Part shown: positions 17,701 to 30,900 of the stretch, one piece after another
Numbering within the stretch: position 1 is the first letter of the stretch
Layout of the letters: every line of letters begins with the position of its first letter
Source of the DNA: the human T2T-CHM13v2.0 reference genome, Homo sapiens
DNA length: 64,000 nucleotides
Direction of reading: 5' to 3'
Assembly: GCA_009914755.4 (NCBI GenBank)
Contig: CP068257.2
Coordinates: 13,088,001 to 13,152,000 of the forward strand
Notes under the pieces: model-generated
The model's database searches: none
Told to the model about the DNA's origin: nothing
Seen by the model: only the letters and a program-made list of their open reading frames with translations
Program-made: the position numbers and the translations under genes

Positions 17701-18945
17701 AATAATAAATGCAAAGACTGGTCACAGTTTTATTGTTTCACTTTATCTAAATTAAGACAGAAACACAGTATCCATCCTTCATCTAAAATTTCCATTTTTA
17801 AATTATGCATGGATTATCCCCCTCACCCCCAAATTTCTCTAGACAAGAGTTGACTTTATAAAAGAAAATTAAAAGTTACTTAAGTTTTATTTATTTGGAA
17901 AATTGAAAAGAATTAGTGGAAGCCATTGATGAAAATCACTTACAAACATAAAGAATTAGTTTTCCTTTACTATTGTCCTACTTTTCAGTTTCCTCTCAGT
18001 AGGAAAGTTATTAATCTGTTGTGTTTTATTGTAGGATCATAATTGTACATTTAATTATACATACAACCTGCACTAAGCATACCCTCACTAAATGGCATAC
18101 CTTAATAAAGACGATAGAACATGCCTCTATAACCTAGCAAGGTCAATCTGTGAGAAGAATAAATAAAAACGTAATTTAGTAACTGCTAGAATAATCTGAG
18201 AAGGTAGAAATGAAGATCATGTCTGGAGGACAAAATGATTTTTAAAAAATAGAAAATGATGAGGTCACAAGGTAAATGATGAAAAAGGCTGGATTTGGAG
18301 TCAGAAGACAGTTCTTGTTCTGTGATTTACCTTGTAGTCTAGGACAAACCATTTAATGTGTCTTGCTTTGTTTTCCTCATCCACTATGCAGAAGCCATAG
18401 TGATCTTTTTAAAACATAAATCAAATCACATCGCTTCCCTGCCTAAAATCCTCCAATAGTTTCTTCTTACAATTGGAATAAAATCTAACCCCATCCTCGT
18501 GACCTTCAGCATTGTGAACATGAACGGAACCCTGCCTACCTCTTTAAACTCCTTTCTTTTCCTTTTTCCTTTTATTCACTGTTCCTAGATTGTTCTTAAA
18601 CCCTGTGAAGCTCACATTTGCTGTTTGTCTGCCTGAAATACTGAGTTCTAGGTCCTCTTGTTGTTGAATATTTCTTGTTGTTTAGGTGTCAGCTCAGATG
18701 CTACCTGCTCAGAGATGCCTTACTTTACTTTCTATAGAAAAATAGCTACCTTACTCTCATTTACCAATCTCTTTCAAATAACTATAACTTATTTTCGTTT
18801 AACTAAGTATAGAAAATAATATATATTATTTATTATTTATGTCTATATATTGTGTGTGTCCTCCTATCAAACATCTCCTTGCCTATCTTGTTCATCACTG
18901 AAATCTTTGACTCTGGCTAACAATTTGCTTCACAAGAATTTGTAG

Positions 18946-19062
18946 ATGAAAGGAGAAAAAAGGAAAAAAAAGGAGAGGAGAGAACAGGAAAGGAGAGAAG
19001 AGGAGAAGAAAGGAAAGGAATGAAAGGGGAAGGAAAAAAGAGGAAGAAAGGGAGGGAGAAAA
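18946..19062. repeat. Purine-rich (GGAA/GAAA/GGAG)n low-complexity tract, about 115 bp
   Basis: aggagaaaaaaggaaaaaaaaggagaggagagaacaggaaaggagagaagaggagaagaaaggaaaggaatgaaaggggaaggaaaaaagaggaagaaagggagggag. The S/F/L-rich ORFs at 18895..19086 and 18930..19133 are produced by this tract. Confidence 0.9.
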
Positions 19063-22000
19063 CAAATAAATAAAATACTTAGGCAATAAAATGAGAAAAA
19101 ATATGAGAAACTATACTGGGAAAAAACTATCAAGGCATTGTTTTAATATCACTTCATGCTTGAATATATTTAAATACCACAAACTTGTTATGATTTAAAG
19201 GAACTCAAAAGACTATTGTTTTCGTTCTCTTGATATTTCAGTGAAGCCTGCAAAATGTATATGTGGGGAAGTGCGAGTAGATGTGTGATTTAATTTTTGT
19301 GCTTTATTTGGGTGAAACTGGAGTATGAAGAAACATAAGAGACACCCTCAGAGCACAATCAAGATGTCAGCATTCACAAACCCATGTGCTCCCCCTCTAA
19401 ATTATACTCCTCCAGATGGCTTGGTTAATTTTGAAGTGGATAAAGCTAACAGTGCCAGATCACACCCAAGCAGTATAAAACTGTATAAGAACACAATAAA
19501 ACAGTAATAAACAATAGACTATTTTAGTGGCATATGGCAGATACTGAGTCAGGCCAGCCTCAAATGTAATCTTTGGATTCTGTTTAAAAATCAGTGTCTG
19601 AATTATAGCATTAGCATTCAAAGCACTCCTGTAAGCAGTAAGCAACTATTCTAAAGAAGAGAAAGGAAGGGTCAGATAAAGGAGAAAAGGAAAACACAAT
19701 GGTCACTGGAGAAGAAAGATAAACAAGAAATAATAAGCAGTGCTTGCATGACAATCTACAAGGGGAAATATAGAATTCATGAAAGCATTCAACAGGAAGA
19801 GATGGCAACAAGTAGACCAATATGAAGGAAATGGGTATGGGAACTCCCAGCAAGAAGGGGAGCAAAGGAGAAAGAGGAAAATACACACAAACAAAATAAC
19901 AATTCCTCCCTTCTCTGAATATCTGGACATAAAATTTATTGTCTTCCATTAAAATGACAAAAATTGTATGTTGCATCATCAAAGTTGGAAATATATTGTT
20001 AAAACCTTAACTCTGCAATCCCTAAGTAAAAATTCCCTCTTCTGAACATGTCTTCACCCCTACACTAAACCCAACCATCTTCTCCTGGGAGAGGGATGTT
20101 TCAGAACAATGAGAGATCTGTTCAAATTGCTGAAATTAAAGCTTCCAAGTGAAGAGCCCAAGATATAGCCCCCTTTTATCTACTTATATCCTATTTATAG
20201 TACGCATTTCAATGTAAACAAGACTTCCTCCATACCAAGTAGAGATTGTACACCTAGACACTAAATAAAAAAGTATTTTTTCCAGAAAAATACTTTTCAA
20301 GTGAGAATTTTGTTAATGGATAGTTTCTTGATAACATGAGTGATCTGAATAAAGTTAGTTATCCACATAATTAACTATATATGGCTGAATAGGAAGTCCC
20401 AGCCTTCATTCCCACACAGAAACATGAATTGCTCACAAATGTACACACTAAACATTTTTATATGAATTCCAGACTTCAATTAAGATGTTGCAGTATTCCA
20501 AGTGTGCACAAAGTACAGAATAGTCAAATTGAATTGAGTTAAGAAGAGCAATTTCATTTACCTGCATCAGCCTCTCCCCCAAGTTAGCACAGCTCAGTGC
20601 CAAGACAGAATGCCTCTTCACATCTTTTTCCTCTGGGAGAAAAGAATAGAGCATGCCTCCAACATTCCAGCTTTTCAGAGAGCTGCCCAAGAAACAGGTC
20701 TCTTACTTCCTTGATTGGTGTGCCCACAGAACTAGCATAATTTGAATGTCTGGGGGTCACTGAGGACAATGGAAAGCAGCAGGTGGCTTGATATGGTTGG
20801 CACAGCATGGCACAATTGGGGGAGGAAGTGCACAAGTTAAGACTTCTTCCTTGGCAAGGAGGGAGAAGAGTGGAGCATGTGTTGGCATTCTGGCTCTTCA
20901 GAGGGCTGCCCAAGGGACTAGTCTCTGTCTTGCCTCACTTGGAGCACTCATGGAACTAGCATAGTTTCGATGCCTTGGAGCCACTGAGAGCAAAAGTTAA
21001 AAAAAAAGGCAGTAGGCAGTTTGCTATAGCTACCATACCTCAGTAAAATCAAGAGAAGATGCACAACTCAAGGCTTCTCCTTCAAGAGGGAAGGAGAAAG
21101 GAGCGAGAAATGAGTCTGTCATTCTAGCTTCTTGGAACACCAGCTTCTGAGAAACTGATATCTGTCTCACCTTACTCAGTGTACTGATAGGAAGCTTGCA
21201 TGCCCTGGATATTTGCCAGCCACTGACAACAAAAGAGAGTGGGAAACTTGCAGCTGTAGAACCAGATAACTTGTGGTGGCACAGACAGACATCAGAAAAG
21301 ATAATGAGTTCCTGAGGGGAAACAAAAAACACAGTAAGCCTCTCTGAGAAATTGCATGCACAGGCCCAGATACCCCAAAAAGTTTCAGAGGATTCCAGAA
21401 TCTCTTTATGGGCTACTTAGTGGGAGTCTTATCTAAACAAAGCCAGTCTGAAGACTGGGAGAAGTGACAGATCCTAATACAAAGCCACAAGGTGCATGAA
21501 AAAACAAGGAAACATGGCTCAATCAAAGGAATAAACTAAATCTCCAGAAACTGGATCTACAAAGAGGTATGTGGACAACTTGAAAGAGAATTCAAAATAA
21601 TTGTCATAAAGATGCCCACTGAGCTCAAAGAAATAACAAACGAACAGAATAAAGTATTAAGAAAGATACAGAAAATATAAAAAAGAAGTTTTGGAGCTGA
21701 AAAAGAAAATAAACTGCAAAACTCACTAGAGAAGTTTAATGGCAGACTTGATATTCAGAAGAAAACATCAGCAAACTTGAATATGAGTCATGTGAAATTA
21801 TCTGCTAGAGGCTCAAAATGAAAAAAGAATGACAAAGAATAAAGAAAACCTAAGGGACATACAAGGCACCATCAAATGGACCAATATTTGCATTATTGTT
21901 GTTTCAGAAGGGGAAGAGAGAGAGAATGGGGCAGAAACATTACTTAATAAAATAATGGCTGAAAACTTCCCAAATGTAAGGATGGAAATGGACATCTAGA

Positions 22001-22451
22001 TTTGAGAAACTCTGCACGCTCCAACTAAGATGAATTCAAAGAAATACACACCAAGCAACATCATAATCAAATTGTCAAAAGTCAAAGAAAAACAATTTTG
22101 AAAGCACCAGGAGAAAAGCAACTTGTTATGAACAAGAGACTAACACCAGATTTCTCAGAAGAAACCTTCCAAGACAGAAGAGAAGTGGGATGATATATCA
22201 AAACACTGACAGAAAAAAAACCTGCCAGTCACGAATACTGTATCCAGAAAAACTATCCTTTAGTAATTAAGGAAAAATACTCTCCCAGATAAAGAAAAGC
22301 TGAGGGAATTCATCATCAGTAGACCGCCTTACAAGAAGTTCTAAAGGGAGTTTATCAAGTTGAAATGAATGGATGCTAAACAGCAGCATGAAAGCATACA
22401 TAAATACAAAGCTCACTGGTAAAGGTAAATACATAAAAACATAAAGAATAC

Positions 22452-22810
22452 TATTGCTGTGATCTGAATGTTTGTGTGCATTCAAAGTTGATTTGTTGTC
22501 ATCTTAACCCCCAAGATAATGGTATGAGGAAGTGGGGCCTTTGGGAGACAATTAGGTCATGGGAGCCAAGCCTTCATAAATGGGATTAATGCTTTTACAA
22601 AAGAGGCCCCTGTGATCTTGCTTGCCTCTTCTGCTATGTGAGAACACAGAGAGAAGGCATAGTCTATGAATAGGAAGTGGGCCCTCATCAGATACCAAAT
22701 CTCTTGATACCTTCACCTTAAACTACCCAGCCTCCAGAACCATGACAAATAATTGTTTGTTGTTTATAAGCTACACAGCTTATGGTATTTTATTACAGCA
22801 GCCTTAACAA
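22452..22810 (+). mobile_element. Solo MaLR LTR (MLT-type) nested in the old L1
   Basis: Starts ctattgctgtgatctgaatgtttgtgtgcattcaaagttgatttgttgtcatcttaaccccc. It contains ggcctttgggagacaattaggtcatgggagccaagccttcataaatgggattaatgc and ends tggtattttattacagcagccttaacaaactaagacaa. Confidence 0.7.
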
Positions 22811-24510
22811 ACTAAGACAACTGTAATATTGTAACAATGCTGTATAAATCTTTTAATTATTGTATAAAAGTTAAAAGATAAAAGTATAAGAAATAATTAT
22901 AAAAATCTAGCAATGGGTATACAATATAAAAAGATGTAATTTGTGACATCAATAGCATAAAGTATGGGGGAAGTTATCAGTGTAAAGTAGATTATTTTAA
23001 CAATAACATGTTTTATGTAAGTTTTATGGCAACCACAATGAAAGTACCTATATAGCAGATATTCAAAAGAAAATGAGAAAGAAATCAAAACATGCCACTA
23101 CAAAAAAGTCAGAAAAATACAAAGTAAGACAGTGAGAGCAAAAGTGAGTCAAAAAGCTATGAGACAGCTAAAAAGCAATTTAAGAAGTGGCAATAGTAAG
23201 TCCTTTCCTATCAATAATTACTTTAAATGTAAATAAATTTAACTCTCGATTAAAAGACTGATATAGTGGCTGAATGGATTTAAAGAAAACAAGACTCAAC
23301 TATATGCTGTATACAAGAAACTCACTTTGGACTTTAAGACCCACACAGGCTGAAAGTGAAAGGATAGAAAAAATAATCCACACAAATTGTAGTCAAAAAA
23401 GACAGCAAGAGTGGCCAAATTTATATCAGACAGAGTAGATTTTAAGTCAAGAACTGTCCAAAAAGACAAAGAAGGACAAAGACATTATATAATGATATAA
23501 GGGTCAATCTGCCAGGAATATGTAACAATTATAAATATACATGTGCCCATAATCAGAGCACCCAAATACAGGAAGCAATCAATGAAAGAATTTAATAGAG
23601 AAATAGACAACACACAATAACAGTAGGGAATTTCAATATACCACACTCAATAATTGATAGAACATCCAGACAGAAGATCAATAAGGAAATAAATAAATAA
23701 GAGGATTTGAACCAGACTATAGATCAAATGGAACTGACAGACATTTGCAGAACATTCCACCTTGCAGCAGCAGAATACATATTTTTCCCAAGCATGCATG
23801 AAACATTCTCCAGAATAGATCACATGTTAAGTCACAAAGAAGTCTTAACAAATTTAAGAAGATTCAAACTGTGCCAATTATATTTTCCAACAACAATGGA
23901 ATGAAACGAAAAGCAAAGGAAAATGGAAAAGTTCTTAGATATGTGAATATTAAACAACACACTCTTGAATAATCAATGAGTCAAAGAATAAATCAGAAGG
24001 TAAACTTTAGAAAAATATTTTGAGACAAATAAAGATGAAAAGAGAACATAACAAAATATATAGGATGCACCATGACCAAGTCAGATTTATCCCTGGGTTA
24101 CACGGATGGCCAAAATACAAAAATAATCAATATGAGACACCACATTAACAGAATAAAGGATAAAAATTACATTATTATCACAATATATGCAGAAAAAGCA
24201 TCTGAAACATTTAACACCCTTTCATGATAAAAACACTCAATAAACTAATAGAAGAAAATTACCTCAACATAATACAGGCTACAGTTAATGTCATGCTATA
24301 CAGTGAAAAACTGAAAGCTTTTCCTCTAAGATCAGGAATCAGTTAAGGATGCCCACTCTGACCACTTTCATTCAACATACTACTGGAAGTCCTAGCCAGA
24401 GAAATTAGGCAAGAAATATAATAAAAAGGCATCCAAATCAGAAAGAAAGAAAAACAAATTTTCACTGTTGGCAGATAATATGACGCTGTATGTAGAAAAC
24501 CTTGACAATT

Positions 24511-24540
24511 ACACACACACAGACACACACACACATACAC
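24511..24540. repeat. (AC)n microsatellite
   Basis: acacacacacagacacacacacacatacac. Confidence 0.9.
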
Positions 24541-24766
24541 AAACCATTAGAACTAATAAACCAATTACGCAAAGTTGCAGGATACAAAATCAACACACAA
24601 AAATCAGTTGAGTATATGTACATTACCAGTGAACAATTGGAAACAAAAATGAAGAAGACAGTCCATTTACAACTGAATACAAAAGAATAAAATTCTTAGT
24701 AATAATCTAAACTGAGAAGTATTATAAAATATCTAGACACTGAAATCTATAAAAGATTGCTAAAAC

Positions 24767-24790
24767 ACGCACACACACACACACACACAA
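24767..24790. repeat. (AC)n microsatellite abutting the 5' junction of the POLR2C retrocopy
   Basis: acgcacacacacacacacacacaa, directly followed by atagggggcatgatgccataagccaacc. Confidence 0.9.
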
Positions 24791-24793
24791 ATA

Positions 24794-26440
24794 GGGGGCA
24801 TGATGCCATAAGCCAACCAGCCCACAATGTCAAGTTTATCATCCAGAACACCAATGCGGCAGTGGCCATTTCGATTCGGAGTGTCTTCTTCTCTGAGGTG
24901 CCCATAATAGTCATTGACTGGGTTCAAATTGATGCCAATTCCTCAGTTCTTCATGATGAGTTCATGGCTCACAAACTTAGATTAATTCCCCTCATTAGTG
25001 AGGACATTGTGGACAAGCTGCTATCCTCCCGGGACTGCCCATGTGAAGAGTTCTGCTGAGTGCTTGGTGGAGTTCACCCTCGATGTGCAGTGCAATGATG
25101 ACCAGATTTGACATGTCACATCTTGAGACCTCATCTCCAACAGCCCCCAGGTCATTCCAGTGAAACAAGATGATGACCCTAATGACTACGTGGAGCAGGA
25201 TGACATTCTCATCATCAAGTTGAGAAAGGGCCAGGAGCTGAGACTTTGAGCCTATACAAAAAAGTGTTTTAGCAAGGAGCATGCCAAGTTGAACCTTACT
25301 GCAGGGGTGGCTTTTGAATACAATCCAGACAATGCCATGAGGCATGCAGTGTACCCCAAACCCAAGGAGTGGCCAAAGAGTGAGCACTTGGAGCTGGATG
25401 AGGATGAGTCACAGGTGCCCTGTGACCCCATGGGCAAGCCAGAAAGGTTTTACTACAACATGAATTCCTAAGGCTCTCTGTGTCCTTAAGCCATGTGCTC
25501 TTAGCCCTCACTGGATTGAAGAAGAAGCTGAGTGATTTAAAAACTCAATTAAGCCACGAGATCCAGAGTGACATGCTAACTATAAACTAGCTGCAGCTTG
25601 CTGCTTCAGCAAGAATGGGGATTCAAGCCAGCAGCTGGATTTGGGGGGTCTCTCTTGAGACTCTTCTAGTTTTTGGAAATCTAGTCTACTGTTGCTTGAG
25701 CTTCTTGGCAGGTCATCAGTACCAACTAGAAGCGGGTAATAGATTACTAGGGATGCCAGCGGCATTTAAGCAGGACAGTTTTTTACTGGCCCTAACTGCT
25801 AATCGCCAGCAGTGCTCCACAGATCCTAAAACATCCCTTTTAGCCTGTTTCCTAATGCGTCTGTAGGGGAGCCAACCGGACTTCTCTCCTGGTTAGTTCA
25901 GTTCTTTACTTTAAACGCTTTCTGTCCAAAAGGAATAATTTCAGTTGTACCTTAGATTTCTGGTATTAGGATTGAATGTCACAGCCTTCATTCAAAGGGC
26001 CTATAAACCCTTCCAGTTCTTTCCCCAAGTCTGTCCTACTAGCACTTCAAATTCACAGGCATCTTTAATTTGAGAAGTAACCTTCTGGGAAGAGCATCAG
26101 GCCATGGCTGTGCCCTCTCCCCTATGTAGATACAATATTTCACTCTCTACCCAGCAGTTACAAACCCCTTCACCACCAATACCTGATTATTTAGTTTGGT
26201 GATGGTGGTGGTGGTAGTGGTGGCAGTGGCCAGCAGGAGCAAGGGCCCCTCCCACATACACAGAAGTATTTCATTTCTCCCAAATGAAGGCTCTGGCCCT
26301 GACCTCTTAACACTGTCTCCAGGGAGGAACATACACAAAGCAGTTAATTAGCAGCCTGGAAAAAACACAGAAAGAAAGAGATATTTATTGATTAACAGAA
26401 GTTGTGTTTTTAAAAGTGTTTATTTTTGGCAATGAAGAGC
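24794..26440 (+). pseudogene. POLR2C: Processed pseudogene of POLR2C (RNA polymerase II subunit RPB3): intronless CDS homolog 24803-25590 plus 3'UTR
   Basis: The translation ANQPT…[77 protein letters not shown]…[22 protein letters not shown]…[65 protein letters not shown] collinearly matches RPB3 ([26 protein letters not shown]…[16 protein letters not shown]…). It carries in-frame stop codons, a roughly 30-nt N-terminal deletion, and a frameshifted C-terminus. The coding sequence is contiguous with no introns, which is the signature of a retrocopy. It is inserted inside L1 ORF2. Confidence 0.8.
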
Positions 26441-27695
26441 ACAACATAATCTCAAAAAAGTTAAAAAAAGAAAAGAAGACACAAATAAATGGAAAGACTT
26501 CCCACGTTCATGGATTAGAAGACATTGTTCAAATGTCCATACCACCCAAAGTCTACACATTTAATGCAATTCCTATTAAAGTCATAGTGACATTTTTTGC
26601 AGAAATTGACAAAACAATTCTAAAAATTGTACAGAAGTACAAATGACCCCAAAGTAGCCTAAACAATCTTGACAAAAAGAGCAAAACTGGAGGCCTCAAA
26701 CTTTTTAACTTTAGAACATATTACAAAGCTATAGTCATCAAAAGACCATGGTACTGGAATAAAGATAGACATATAGGCTAATGGAACAATACTGAGAGTC
26801 CAGAAATAAACCCACACATATACAGTCAAATGATCTTTGACAGGATGCCAAGAGTACACAATGGGAAAAGGATAGTATCAAAAAATTGGTGCTGGAAAAA
26901 CTAGATATTCACATTCAAAAAGAATAAAATTGGATCCTTATTTTATATCATGCACAAAAATCAACTCAAAATAGATTAAAGACTTAAACATAAGACATGA
27001 ATTTATAAAACTCCAAGAAGGCAACATAGGGTAAAATTTTCATAACATTTGTCTTGGCAATTAATTCTTGGATATGACACCAAAAGCACAAGTAACAAAA
27101 GCAAAAATAGACAAATGGATTTACATCAAATGAAAAAGCCAGAAACTAAAAATCTTCTGCATAGTGAAGGAAATAATCAACCGAGTACAAAAGCAACCTA
27201 CAGAATGAGAGAAAATATTTGTAAACCATATATCTGACAGGGGGTTAATATAAAAATATACAAGAAACTCAATAGCAGAAAATAAAAATAAAAATAACTA
27301 TCTTCAAAGAAGAGATACAAATGACCGACAGGCATATGAAAAGACATTCTTCACTAATCATTAGAGAAATGCAAATCAAAACCACACTGAGGTATCATCT
27401 CACACTCATTATGATGGTCATTATAAAAAATTAAAAATTAAAAAAATAAAGTGTTGGCAAGGATGTGGAAAAATTTGAACCGTGTGCACTACTGGTAAGA
27501 ATATAAAATGATGTTGCCACTATAAAAAAAACAGCATAGAGATTGATAGAAAAATTAAAAATAAAAACTACCATTTGATCCAGCAATCCCACTTCTGGGC
27601 ATTTATCCAAAAGAGCTGAAATCAGGACATGGAAGATATTTGCCCTTCCGTGTTCATTGCAGCATTATTCACAATAGATAAGAATTAGAAACAAC

Positions 27696-27999
27696 TGGTC
27701 GGGAGCGGTGGCTCATGCCTGTAATCCCAGCATTTTGGGAGGCCGAGGCGGGCAGATCACGAGGTCAGGAGATTGAGACCATCCTGGCTAACATGGTGAA
27801 ACACCATCTCTACTAAAAATAAATAAATAAAAAAATTAGCCGAGCGCGGTGGCAGGCAGGTGCCTGTAATCCCAGCTACTCCGGAGGCAGAGGCAGGAGA
27901 ATGGCGTGAACCCAGGACGGCGAGCTTGCAGTGAGCCGAGATCACGCCACTGAACTCCAGCCTGGGTGACAGAGCGAGATTCCGTCTCAAAAAAAGAAA
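27696..27999 (+). mobile_element. AluY-like SINE with 15-bp TSDs (agaattagaaacaac at 27681-27695 and 28000-28014), nested in the old L1 3' region
   Basis: Starts ggtcgggagcggtggctcatgcctgtaatcccagcattttgggaggccgaggcgggcagatcacgaggtcaggagattgagaccatcctggctaacatggtgaaac. The flank is duplicated perfectly. The ORF at 27757..27990 is Alu-derived. Confidence 0.93.
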
Positions 28000-30900
28000 A
28001 GAATTAGAAACAACCTAAAAGTTTATCAGCAATATGTATGGATAAAGAAAATGTACTATATATTTATACAATAGAATATTATTCAGCCATAAAAAGAAGA
28101 AAATTCTGTTACATAGATATACCTTGAGGACATTATGCCAAGTGAAATACGCCAGTACAAGAAAGACAAATAGTACTTGATTCCACTATGTGAAGTATCT
28201 AAAATAGTCAAACTCATGGAAATATAGAGTAAAATTATGGTTTCTAGATGCTAGGAAGAGGGACAAATGGGAAAATTGCTGTTCCGTGAGCATAAAGTTT
28301 TAATCATACAAGAGACAAAATTTTCACAGATCTGCTCTACAACATTATGCTTATAGTTAACAATGCTGTACCATACACCCAAAATTTAAGAGGAAAGATC
28401 TTACGTGTTTTTTACCACAATAAAAAAATTTTGTAACATTCACAGAAAAAATTTTTTTTTACTTTATTTGTACATATAATGGAACCTTTTGATCTACAGC
28501 TCAAAGGCAAAAAGCAATCATTCCAAATTAAATTATCTTGGTTAATATGGCTGTTTACAATAGGGAATATGGCTCATCACACTCCAACTGAAAAATAAAG
28601 ACTTTCTAATCTCAATAGCCTGGCCTGTAATAAGAATATAAAATTATAAACGCAAACTTTCAACTCCCAAGTGAAGCATGAATTCCAGAGCCACTGTATA
28701 TTGAGAGTGGGGAGAAGTGTATGCTTAAGGGTAAGATTCATATTTTATATTTTATCTCCCTGGAGGAACAGCGTCTCTCCTCAAAGAGAGAGCCATCACA
28801 GTGTAAAGCATAATACAATGGCAATCAAAGGGGCATCCACAGATAACCATGTTCATTACATTGCCTTTAATTGCTTTAGCCTAAAAGACAGCAGCCCAAA
28901 AGTATAGATCCATGGCAGATCATTGTACTTAAACAGTCAAATATGTATCCTTCATATTTTAAAATATAGCCACTGGCCCACCAAATAGGAGTTCTACTGT
29001 CCACTTCTCTCACACTGCCTTCTACACAGTATAAAACCTTTCATCTTGACATAATTAGAAGAATCTTCCAAACAAGTAAAACTATGACTTGCTCACATGC
29101 CTACTTTTCCCACATGACCGTGGCAAAATCAGATATTGTCAGACAACTTGAGGACCTCAATTCACCATAGAATTTTCATAAAATGGTTAAGAGGTAGGAT
29201 CCTATGGTTCATGGAGGAAATTTGGGAAGAATTCATGCTTAGGCTAATAAAAAATACAGTTCATTCATTCATCTCCATGAAGACAGGAAAACTATGCCAT
29301 TCTGATCTTCACTGTATCAATCAATGGTCTGTAATTGTTCAGTAAAAATTCTTCAAATGAAGGAATGTCCAAAGTTGTCTGGATTCAGTCTGTAAAAGAG
29401 TAATTAAGCTTTTGCTTTTGCTTAATATACATGCCTTGACAGTATATTAAAGTGCTTAATTAAGCAGCTTTTTTATGGTCACAGAAGTCTTTGTGATATT
29501 TAACATTATGAAATCTACATATTCAGAGCCACCTCTAGTCTATAAAATTAAAGTATTTACATATAATTTAATCACATATTTTCTTCACAAAAGGCATTAT
29601 TTAAGATATGGCAACTAAATCAGAGAATTCTGGACAATTGCTTTTGTTCATAATTTTATCCAAATGATGAAGTTCATAATTACACAATGTTACAGTTATG
29701 AATATATTAAGGTAGACCTTAAAAGCTCACAGCAAAAGAGTAACACAGTGTCTGAGATTGTGCAATGTACCAAAGAGGATATTGACTTTACTCTGGATAA
29801 TACGCAGACAAATTTACATTTATGTCTTAAACTTAACCCCTAACCTTATAAATGATTGAATGCACCCAGTGGCTTATTTTCTGTAAATCAGTAAGTAACC
29901 TCAAATGAATGCATCAATTTTCATAATGCATGCATTGTTAGTATCATCTAATATTTTTATTTCAAGTAAATAACCATATTATTCATGCTAGTAGCTGGTA
30001 CAAACCTTTACCATTCTTCTTAAATTACTTAGCTGGACTCACCCACTCATTTTAACAGATGGCCAAGCCTCCTACCTCACAGAGAAAATAGCAGCCATCA
30101 GTCACAAACCGCACCTCTTGTATTATCTGCATGTTCCCCAGCTTTCTCTCCTTCCCTTCTGTCCCAAAGGATGTCTTGCCTGTCTTCCAAAGATAACACT
30201 TTAATCTGTACTCCTGATTTCATCTTCTTCCTTTCTTCCTCTCTATGTTTACTGAGTGCCTTCTGATGCCAGAATATTCTAAGCCTGGGGACACAGTGTG
30301 AAACAAGACACAAAGCCCCTCTCCTTGTGGACTTTGCATTCTATTATGTGTCCTCCAACGCCTTTTCAATATTCACCACCGTTTTTTGAATCTTCACTGT
30401 ATCCTCTGTCGTGGCTGTTCTCTTTTAGCTTACAAACCTGTCTAACTTGTCCTCATCCTTAAAATGAATCTGCTTATTTTGCTGAATTTGAAGGCATGTA
30501 TTTCCTTCCCTTACTGCTGTACTTCTAGAATCAGCTGCAGTTTCTGTTTCTACTTTCACTTCCCTTTTTCACTCCTCAGTGCACAGCTATCTATTTTTCT
30601 TTTGTTCTCTGTACTCCAGTGAAACATTTATCCTCAGCCTTTGACACACTCTTCCTTCCCTTGAGTCCTCATGAATCCTAGGACAGAATATAGTTTATTC
30701 TTCTGGCTACACTTTTTGCTACTGCTTCATTCTCTGCTTGCAACCTTACTGTTTGACTCCCCAAGATTTCTTCTTTGGCCTTCTTTTCTCATTCTGCCCA
30801 TTCTTCTTGAATTATCCTACCCACACCCATGGTTTCAACTACTACCTATGTGCTAACAACTCCAAAATTCTGTTTTCAGAGCCTTCTGAATTCCTTATCT

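Larger units (their letters stand above)
20560..28460 (+). mobile_element. Old, near full-length L1 (L1PB/L1MA-like) with nested MaLR LTR, POLR2C retrocopy and AluY
   Basis: The 5'UTR carries three tandem ~200-bp monomers at 20625-21300. ORF1 homology runs 21370-22450. ORF2 endonuclease/RT homology runs 22820-24750 and 26440-28000. The 3'UTR extends to about 28460, ending aaaaaattttttttactttatttgtacat. Many frameshifts and stop codons are present. Confidence 0.75.

Noticed and set aside
26185-26230. (GGT)n-like run ggtgatggtggtggtggtagtggtggcagtgg
   Set aside because: It lies in the 3'UTR-like portion of the POLR2C retrocopy region. It is a short imperfect simple repeat, not a coding poly-Gly/Thr tract. 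I mention it only because it produces the TTTTTTT peptide in ORF 26147..26338.
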